From Utricularia gibba (taxonomy: Eukaryota; Plantae; Magnoliophyta): DNA of 64,000 bases. The notes below the pieces were generated by a model. That model worked only from the letters and a program-made list of their open reading frames with translations. It did not search any database and had not been told where the DNA came from. Position numbers and translations under genes: made by a program. The stretch is taken from NCBI GenBank assembly GCA_002189035.1, contig NEEC01000010.1, positions 930,001 through 994,000 on the forward strand. The letters run 5' to 3'. This document shows positions 50,728-60,862 of the stretch, piece by piece (the first letter of the stretch is position 1; each line of letters begins with the position of its first letter).

Positions 50728-52449
50728 ATATGATGTGCTTGAAACTGTGTTTGCCCGCGTATTCTTCGATTTCGATTATTTGGGAAATGGTTTGCATATT
50801 CTTTGACCGAATGGAACAGAGCATTATGTTTTATTTCTAAGGAGGACGTGAACTCCACTGCTTTCCAAATGTCCATGTTTGATTTTCCTGGAATTGAATA
50901 TTTTGATGAGCATGAAGTGTATAAACAACTGATTGAACAGTGTGAGGTTATTTTTAAGAAAAAAGGGACTAAGGCCAGCCTCATAGTAGATCATGTGTGG
51001 AGGATGATCCATGTGCTCCTTTCTACTTCCTTCTTTCAGCACCAACGTGCTTTTAACTCCTTGTTTAAAAATGAGACCCCCTAATCTCCCCATTGACTTG
51101 TCTTTCCTCACAAACATTGGCATGATTCGAATTGCCAATGGTAAGATCGTATTTTTATTGAGCACAGGTGATGGAAACCTTGTGGGACAGCCCCTGCCCA
51201 ACGCCCAAGAAGCTTATACATCCGCTGGGACAGGGAAAAATACCTATGAAAGGCGGAGGTTGCTGCTATTTGAAGGACATTCGTGAGTTGAGATGTATTG
51301 TAGGAACTCTGAAGATGTACTTAGAGATTATGCTTGATTTGCAGACTAGCACAGGTCCTACTTCTCCACCTAAACATTGACTAAAATCTTACCCTACATG
51401 TTTTGTATATTTGTCTTCTGTGTTTCACTTATGAATATCTTGTACATGGCTTGCTAGTATGTGGCTATGTGGGAGCATTGAGTTAGTCACATAGATCGTG
51501 GTTGATGCACATAAAAGATTTGAATGATAAAAGGCAAGCTCAATTTTAAATAGCCGAGCTATTATAATTATAAAAAAGGGGAAAATAAAAAAAAGAAGAA
51601 AAAAAAAGACAATATATATTGCAATCAAGGTTCATCAATGAATATCGTATTCAGTTTTAATCGGGTAATACAATATACTATGCTAGGCATCTCTTATATT
51701 TTATGAGAGACACGATATCTTGGGACAATACCATTAGAGAAATGAGATTTCTCACCTCTCATTGCCAATTAAAATCAACCTAGTAATCACACACACAAAG
51801 AATTAGAAATTGTCCGAGACGCTTGTGATTCGAGTTTTAGTGGACTCTAGCATGTCTTTAAATTTGGATCACAAATTGGTTAAATATCGGTTATATGGGC
51901 TCACACCTAGATTGGTAACCAAGGCCCAAAATAATATGGGCTGATGATTTGGGCCATGAGGCCCAAGTTTATATTCCTAAAGCCTATGCCCATATTTATT
52001 AGCCATTGAAAAGCATGCCGCATTAAAATGCATGCCAATGCTCGGCTATAAATAGGAGCCAATTGGCCTACTTCCTAAGGTTTTGGAGTTCTTCTTCTGG
52101 GAAGAGGTGTTCAATCTCTGAAAGAGGAAAAGCGATCAAGGAAGAAACGAGACCAGTGAACAGCGATACGAAGAAGAGAACTCAACTCTGGTTTCGAGTT
52201 TGGTAATTTTCTTCGCTTATCCCCCGTGTTTCTTCAATGTTGATGATCAATGTTAATATGAGATATTAGCATTGGCTTCACTGTGTTTTTCCCAACATGT
52301 TGATTCAATGAGATATTGGCGTTCAACGGATGTTTATTCCATGAGATGGTTTAAACATATTTTGGGCAAGATGTATGTAATACATTTGTTAGTTTAACCT
52401 TGTCAGATTGATTTCTAGTTCGTGTGGACGAGCTAGAGGCATTGTAGGT

Positions 52450-54600
52450 TCGATGCTATTGGAGATATGAGATATCATTGATTACAAAAAGGAAAAAAAT
52501 TTTAATGAAGCTTCCAAACGACTTTGGAAGCAATTGTAGAACCAGATCAATCTTCAGATCAACATCCATCTTGAAATCAAGATTTTCCAGCCCTTCTATA
52601 AGCATAATCATAGAATTCATATAGACACTGACATCTAAACCTTCCTCCATACGCGCACCAAACAGCCTACTCGATATCTCATATCGAGAGGATTTGCTTG
52701 AGGCACCGTACAGTTCTCGCAGGTGTTCCAAGATGGAAGCTGCTGCGGTGTAATTCTCATGTTGCCTCTGCAAATAAGAATTCATAGAGGCCAACATGTA
52801 ACACCTTGTTGTGTTGTCATCCGTCTCCCACTAAACAAGGAACTCGTGCTCCATATCTCTGGGATTAGATGGGTCAACTGGCACAGGAGGCTTTCCACCC
52901 AATACACTAGCAGCTCGCTCATACTACAGAACAAGTTTCAGGTTCCTTAGCCAATCCACAAAATTGGGGCCAACCAACTTGTGGTCATCAAGAATACTGG
53001 TAGTTGGATTGTTTGATTTCAAATTCATTTTTCCTGTAAATGGAAAACTAGCAAGATCTGCATATACTCAAGCATCCACATCAATTAAGAAGTCATGGAC
53101 TTTGACTAATTGATTACTACATTCATGTTTATCACATAAACAAGGTATACACAATGTAATAGAAAAAATTATCCTTGCCCTACATCTCCTCAAGTACATA
53201 TGCTATTCTTGGAGCATGTAAAACAACAATCAACAACTTGATTCACATATCTCATATGCAATTCTATCTCTGCTCCTAACATTTCCATTTTCAGGTACCC
53301 ATGCCATTCTTGATATAAAAACTCACATAGTCACAACATCTCATGCTTTAACAATAAACGAACAATATCACATATCATTCATAATATTGCCTGAATGGAG
53401 AGCCAAGAAACATTAACATAAAATGTTTCAAAACTTGATCTTTGATTTTGAAAAATAAATTCTGAAAATCAATAAACCAATAAATTTCCAGAAAACCATT
53501 TTTCCCTTGTTTAAACCAAGTCGTGTATCGAGCTAGCCAATACAGAATTCCAAACTCCCACTCAAACTAGAGATGGTAGTTTTGAAAAACAAATGGTCTT
53601 AACAACCAAGAATCAACAATAAAAATAAACCAACATGTGTAAAATATTGCACAACCCATGGTTTAAATCTGACAATGATCAGATAGTTGCTAAACAAGCT
53701 CTAATACCATTGTTGGGTTACGCGTAGCATAAGGTGGGAAAAAAAAATTTTCCTTTTCGTAACCAGCGATATCTCAAGCATCACAAGTTCGGTCAGCTCA
53801 TCTCATGAGCCCCCACATGTTTATTCTGACATCTCATGTCATACAACATTCGACAAACATTCGAATATTTTATTAACACAGTAAAATAAACAGAGGTGAT
53901 AGTTAAACCAACAATGATGCCCAATTAAAGTATTCAAACTGTGAATCATTCAAATATGCATGTTACAGGAGAATCTGTCGAATATTTTTAACAACTTAAA
54001 AATACAATCTCCAAAATTACATGTTTCGAGAATGTATTTTTGGACATTGCCGTAAAAGGGAGAACAACAATTATGGGATGCTAGATTACATGGCTTTTGA
54101 GCATACTTCCAACAATCTCCTACTTACGCTAAAGCCATTCACTTCAATATCTCAATCCCATCTTCTCAAGATGAAAATCCAATTGTTGTTGATTCATAGG
54201 CTTAGTAAGTGGATCAGCCACATTCTCTTTCGACACTATTTTCTCCATTATCACATATCCCCTTGCCAAGATTTATTGTAGGATGTGATATCGCTTTTCT
54301 ATATGTTTGGAGTTCTTATGGGATCTTGGTTCCTTTGCCTGGGCAATGACACCATTGTTGTCACAATTAAGGGGAATTGATGACTCAATGGTAGGAACTA
54401 CTCCCAACTCAAGAATAAACTTATTGATCCAAACATCCTCCTTTGCAGCTTCTAATGCTGCTATATACTCGGATTCTGTGGTGGAATCTGCAGTCGTTTC
54501 TTGTTTGGAACTCTTCCAATCGATTGCTCCACCATTACAGGTAAAATTGGGGCAAGATCTATCATCCCACTTGAGAATCCACGAAAGCTATCTGCCAACT
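52450..54600 (-). mobile_element. Angela-like copia remnants arranged RNase H-PPT-LTR-PBS-leader-gag around one shared LTR (53711-54114)
   Basis: Minus strand: GGAIDWKSSKQETTADSTTESEYIAA..CDNNG..KEPRSH..SKHI (RNase H), AAGTAGGAGAT PPT, TGTTGG...CCCAACA LTR, TGGTATTAGAGC PBS at 53697-53708, and gag MLASMNSYLQRQHE..LRELYG. Confidence 0.82.
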
Positions 54601-55139
54601 CCTTGGCATGGCAAATATTAATACCGTTGTTAACACCAGCAATTAAAGAAGTACCAGTGCTCAAGAACCCGGATTGATGGTGATATACCGGGAACAGCCT
54701 AAGGCCTTGATGACAGAAATAATTTCAAATATCAAATCATCATCCTGGCTGAACTCAAATGCACAAGAGAAACCCTGAAAACGGCAAGAGGGGCTTTAAA
54801 GGAACCAATGGAGCAAGAGTACCTTCAAGAAACTGAGATTGAGTGATAAACGGTGGAGGAGTTGTTGAGAAGAAAAAGGTGCGACAAAATCATCTATGAG
54901 CCAAGCACGAATAGGAAAGAAAGGGCAAGAGCGATCTTAGATAGAAGTTAAGGGGAGCTAAGGAAAGATTTGGAAGAAGTTCTTGCCAAGAAAAAGGAGA
55001 TCGGTTTGAGGACAGAGCAATTAGTAAGGGAAGGCTAAGGTTTCCAAGATGCCTTCCAACCGAACGTTTGCATGGGGCGCGGGGTTGTACTGATCGACAT
55101 TAATTTGGATTTGAAAAGCAGTGCACAGGGTTTAATCAG

Positions 55140-55720
55140 AACATTGGCCCTGTGCTTCGACCCTTTTCGGATGAACTAATTAGGGAAGAACCTGAAAGAG
55201 GATTCAGAGTACCAGACAGTTTGCTGACATATCATGAGAAGGGGAATCCCATATCCCATGTTATCGATTTCAATATGAGGATGGCAATAGTTCGACAAAC
55301 CAAGGCTATGAAATGCAAGTTGTTTGATTGCTCACTTCAGAGGAGAGCGAAGACTTGGTTCAAACAACCGGAACCATGTACTGTGACATCTTATAGGGAG
55401 CTGGTGTTACTCTTCACGACCTGATATGATGTTAACATCGAAGCCTCATCATCCAAGGTGACGTTATATTCCATTCAGTATGACCACCAAAAGAGAGTCT
55501 AAGGATGCTTATCGATTGGTTCAACTGTCTAGAATAGAATGTCCTACTGGATCTCAAGGAAATAGTTGATATAATGAAACGGGCTCTAGGAACTTCCAAG
55601 CTGGGGTAGAGCCTATCAAAATCCCCACCAAAAAACCTCAGGGAACTACTGAGGAAGATTATGAAGTACATCCCAAGCGATGACGATCTTACAAACAAGG
55701 CTAGAAGTCCGATAGACATA
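55140..55720 (+). mobile_element. Ty3/gypsy Tat-like gag fragment
   Basis: PFSDELIREE..FRVP..TY...NPISH..F..RM...MKCKLFDCSL..RAKTWF....TVTSYRELVLLF, a Retrotrans_gag-like pattern. Confidence 0.75.
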
Positions 55721-55930
55721 CGGGTGGCCCAAGAGATCGGCAGGGCAAGCGTTAAGAGATATATCAGGTGGAACCCTTTAATTTTTTAATTTTTCAAGAT
55801 ATATTAAAAAATTATTTGTAATTGTTTCTCTTGTGTATGCTCTTTATGATATAGTGGTGATAACACCGTTTTTATTGTATTTTTGTGTGTGTTTTTAAGG
55901 TAGTTTTATGTGGTAAAATATTGTTTTATA

Positions 55931-58900
55931 TAGAGGTGGGTTCGGTTCCGAACCGTACGGTTTCGGTTCGGAACCGAACGGTTTCAACGAACCGTCGGTT
56001 CCAAAACCGCGGTTCACTGTAGACAACGGTTTCGGTTTCGGTTCGGAATCGTACGGACGAAACCTTGAACCGAACCGAAACCGGAACCGTACGGACGGTT
56101 TCGGTTTGGAACCGGAACCGAGATTCGGGAACCGAACCGTAACCGGAACCGATCGGTTATTGTTTATAGGTGTTTTCCAGGCACCCATATGAATCATTGT
56201 GGATGTATGGCAGTGAAATTTATAATAATTATTATTTTTTTAAAATTTAAATATTATCAAACAATATATTTAATAATATTTATTTTTGTATTTAACTAAA
56301 TATATTATGTAATATACTATATTAATTTATAAAAACTATAACTTAAATTACTTGATAGACTATCTCAATAAAATATAATTAAAATCAATATAATATATGT
56401 CTTAAATAAATGAAATAAATAATTAAATTATTAGTATTTGAATATATATTTGATAAAATTAAATTTTTTAAAACAAATACAACAAGATTACAAATCATAT
56501 AAAATGAATAGAATTATTATTTATATATTTGTTCTTTTAAAATGAAGATGTTTATATAGTTGTTTTATATAATGTTTTGTAAGTATTGTGTATTTTTCAA
56601 ATTAAAATAAAACAACATCTATTTCATATATTTTGGAAACAAAATATTAGAAGGATTAAATATATTGCATTTTCAAAATTAACATCACATATTTCACGTC
56701 TCTTAATAATCGTTAAGGGTGTCAAGGCTCCAGAGAAGATCCCAGTCACCCTCAATAACGGATCAAAGTGTCTGGACAACCTCTAACCGTAATCCTAATT
56801 TTAAAGTGTGCGCTGCCTTCATTAAGAGTGTCCAGACTCCAGAGAAGATCTCAGGCACCCTGAATAATGGATCAGAGTGCCTGAACGACCTCGAATGACA
56901 ACCCTAATTCTGAGGCTCACGCTGCTAAGGCATTAGAGGCACCCTTAGAAATCATTATACGTGACTCCAAAATGAATTTAATGGATCACTATTCACTAGA
57001 GCATATTTCACACGATGCATATGGGAATTTAACGAATGAAACACTAACAACATAATTGTCTACTAGAAAAAAAAGTCATCAACAAAAATATTTCAACTAC
57101 AACATAAGTGTTCAAAAGAACTAATATTAGAGGTTATCTCTAACAATCTTGTAGGCATGCATAATCCCATTAAATGCTCCGTGCTTAAGGCAAATCCCAT
57201 TGGACCCACACGGTTTGGAATTTCACTCTCAATCAACTCATCCGGTTCTTTGTCCCAAATCTCATACACATCCGGTATCAAGAATCTAGTTCTCAATTTT
57301 TCAGAAGTGCACATCTACAAAACACCCATAGGTATTGTAATCAAACTACAATAATTGGACAAGATATTTCAATTTGGAACATAGATCAGCAACCCATGAT
57401 GAAAAATAAATCACATACCTTGTTTAATTTAAACAACACTCCAACTAGGTGGTGGGACTATGGGGGCGTTCGGTCGCTTTCGGCTGGGGGGGGGGGGACG
57501 GGGGAAAGAGGTAAGAAAATTTTCTTACCAAATGGGTGGGGATTAGGGTTGTCTTAATTGTCAACGTGGCGAGTGGGTAAAGTAGGGACTGGGGTGGTGA
57601 TGTGTAGCGCTATGTATGGGTGCGTGAAGAGTTGGTTTTCAGTAAATATTTTTGCTGATTTCAAATGAGAAGTGTCGCTCGCTTGAATCGATCCAAACTC
57701 ACTGTGTAATTTTTTTGGAAATGCTGTTTAATTACTCCAATTTTGAGGCATCCAGAGTCGCTAATGTGGGCGCCTGACACCGTCACCCGTAAAATTATAT
57801 TATCTAGGCACCCGTACCCTAATATTTGGGAATTGCGCAATTTTAAAAGAAGACTTAATTTTCAAAAATATACCATTGTTTTCGTGCATTAATTGGATTA
57901 TAAGAAATTGAAAATGAAATTCTTTCATATATCCTAAAAATTACAAAAAAAAATTAAATGACATGTTAATTAAACATTGAAATAAAATTTCAGTAAATAA
58001 AAAATTTTCATGTGTCGTTTAGACCATCTTCCAGACACCCACATTGTATCGTGTGATTGTCTGGAAAGACAGTAGGATACCCTTTTCCAGGCACCCACAA
58101 TGCCTCGCGTGGGTGTCTGGGAAGAGTGGGCGAGACCATTTCCAGGCACCCATATTTGCACATGTGGGTGTCTGGGAGTGTGCAATCATATTCCAGGCAC
58201 TCTATCTTTAGGAACGATAAGGATCGAGTCCATTATTTATTTGACTTAAAAATATTGCACTCTATCCTTATGTTTTCTAAGGATCGAATATCAGTGTATA
58301 ACAAAAAAAATGCACTCTATATTTAGGAACGATAATGATCGAGTGTATTATTTATTTGACTTTAAAATATTGCACTCTATCCTTATGTTCGATCCGTATG
58401 AGTGCAACCCTATTCCAGGCACCCACATTTGCGCATGTGGGTGTCTGGTAAGGATGTATCCAAAGGTTTTGGTAAGTGCTCGGATCATATAATTTTAATG
58501 AAAGGCATGAATACAATGTACTTCATCTTCATACAAAGTAATAGTACTTTATTGGCAACGCATAACTAGTTATTGAGAAAAATATGTAGGTAATGAAATG
58601 TTAAAATATTTATTTGGTTGAACTATCGAAATTATTCAATAAATTTGAGTAATTTAGTATTTTCTATTGAGGTTATACATTTTATATTTATTAATTTCAT
58701 TCTAATTTTATAATTTATAGTATATAAATAAATGAAATAAATTATTAAAGTGATAAAATTATCAGTAATTGAAAACATATACAATAAAATTAAATTTTTT
58801 CAGACACCAACATTAGCTTGTGAGTATTCGAGAAGAACATCTGAAAAACGGAAACCATTCCCTGACCACCCACATTTACTCATGCCTCATGTAGGAGTGT

Positions 58901-59289
58901 CATAAGGGTGCCTCAGATCATTTTCCAGGCACCCACATCTATTGTCTGTGTCTAGGAAGGGGTGTTTCAAAAGATTTTCCAGGCATCCACTTTCATCGTA
59001 TGGGTGTCTGAAATCATATACATTTATTTTTTTTAAAATTTTTTAATTTTTTTTAATTTTTTAATTTTTAATTTTTTAATTTTTAATTTTTTTTTAATTT
59101 TTTTTGGTTCCGAACCGACGGTTTCGGTTCGGAACCGTGAACAGTACGGTTCATACATGGGTCGGAACCGTCGGTTCCACGGTTCCAAATTTGCCGAACC
59201 GAACCGAACCGGAACCGTACGGACATCCACCTCTTGGAACCGAACCGGAACCGGAACCGCGGTTCCGGTTCGAACCGAACCCACCTCTA
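55931..59289 (-). mobile_element. Non-autonomous hAT element, an internal-deletion relative of 10741-17927, retaining an exon-1 fragment of the chimeric gene (~57150-57330)
   Basis: TIRs TAGAGGTGGGTTCGGTTC at both ends; 8-bp TSD GTTTTATA/GTTTCATA (7/8); GAACCG subterminal arrays; internal CCAGGCACCC repeats; EKLRTRFLIPDVYEIWDKEPDELIESEIPNRV. Confidence 0.9.
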
Positions 59290-59344
59290 GTTTCATATGT
59301 GTAATTGTTTACTTTCGTGCATTTAGTTTGTAGTAATGTATTTA

Positions 59345-60435
59345 TGATAACACATATTTTTGAGTGTTTTAAGGTAGGAAAATTATTAATATTTTATTAT
59401 AAAACTCGGATTATATTGTGGATTTCTGTATTTTTGTGATTATCACCATAGTATGTCTTTTATTTCTGATTGGGACTAAATCAAGATTTAATCCCAATCT
59501 TAGTTCTAATCAATTTCTGGAGCGATGCAGCACGTTTCAGCAACCCAAATCATAAGGGGCCGAAAGATAACAGTGAAATTGTAGGAGATATGGACAAAAG
59601 TTGAATCAAGTACACCCAAATCCCAATGTGAAGAAAAAAATAGATTTTTGGAATAATGAAGAAAGAGAAGACTATCTCTCCATTGGAGAGCACGCCACAC
59701 ACAATTCTGGGGATCTGGTAGGAGGTTGTAGTAGAACCATGGAGGATGAAGCAGACAAAACCATGAGTCAAACTATCTTCTGAAGCTTTCTTTTGCTTAT
59801 GAATGACATTATTCTTACTTAGGAGTTGTTTCAGTTTTTCTGTGAGAACTATTTATTGTTTATGTTTCTTTTATGCGTTTTATATTGTTGTTGAACTTTA
59901 GAACCGAAGTAATGTTCATGAAATGTCACAAAAGTATTTTTCTTTTTCTTAGTATGAGTGGTTATGCACTTAAAGGTGTCTTGGGACAAAGGGGGATGAG
60001 CATGTTTATTGTTCATTAGACCACATTACTACTTAATCACTCTACTTCCTTAACAAATCAGGATAGATCTAGGAGGGGGAGGTAGTGGTTTTTATCATAA
60101 ACATCTTTAATTAGAGGTAGATCAAAAATTAGGGAAAAGTAAGGGTTTGGATAGACTTGAGACTTTGCTTGTTAGATAAATGATTTTAGGTTTGAGTGGA
60201 ATAGTTGTGGTGATTAGCATGTTATCCCGTTTACTATCTTTCTGCACATTATCATTGAATTGATTAAATCTTAGTTTAAACAAAATCTCTTAACCGTGAC
60301 GAAATCTGAATGCATTGACTCTCACATAGCAAGCACATATCTCCTTGTGTTCAACCCTAATTCACTATGGTTTATAAATTCATTTGATAGGAGAAATTTG
60401 CATTTTAACGACATTGCAATATTTTTTGTTTATTA
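59345..60435 (+). mobile_element. Athila 'family 2' solo LTR
   Basis: Full-length match to 45515-46680; TGATAAC start; flanks ATTTA/ATTTT (4/5 TSD); no PBS follows. Confidence 0.82.
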
Positions 60436-60862
60436 ATTTTTTTGTGAAAATAGGCTCAATTGGAAACAATTGAGCCGAAAACTCTAATGTTTCTTTCTAG
60501 TGTGTTTCTAAGTCTTAACATGGTAAGAGGTAGTACTAGCAATGCACTTTCTGCATTGAAGAGTCAAAAGGGACAGAAAAGCTATGAAAAAGTAGCTTTT
60601 AATCGAAAGTAGCCGCCCTCTAAAAAGATAAGATTTAGAGCAGAGTTTAACATGTCTACTGTTCACACTACCCTTTACTCTTTTTTTTGGGCATGACAAA
60701 GCTGGGTTTAAGTTATGGACTCTCTTAAGTGACACAAGAGTTAGATTCTCGTGTAAAACCTAGCCAAATCACTTCCGCTTTACATTTTTATGCATTCCCA
60801 TTAATTTCTATGTTCATTCACCCTTGCAGCTTGTTTATTTCAATTGATATTATTTTATATAC

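Larger units (their letters stand above)
45515..51600 (+). mobile_element. Degenerate Athila element: 5' LTR 45515-46680, PBS, gag remnant fused through a deletion to integrase, and env-like ORF
   Basis: TGATAAC LTR start; PBS TGGCGCTGTTGCCGAGGA at 46684-46701; ELKPAMINFL.KYYG..NENPHE (gag); YYPQINGKAEVSN, KNPIGMSPF and CHLPIELE (integrase); env-like LYYEFFTTF / FRLFGKWFAYSLTEWNRAL / KASLIVDHV. Confidence 0.8.
55858..60862 (+). mobile_element. Athila 'family 1' LTR split by two nested insertions and truncated at ~60862
   Basis: 55858-55930, 59290-59344 and 60436-60862 join to match 49641-50500. Confidence 0.8.

Noticed and set aside
55895-56197. Pro/Gly/Arg-rich ORFs (also 59033-59304 and 10666-10854)
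   Set aside because: These are translations of GAACCG subterminal repeats of hAT ends.
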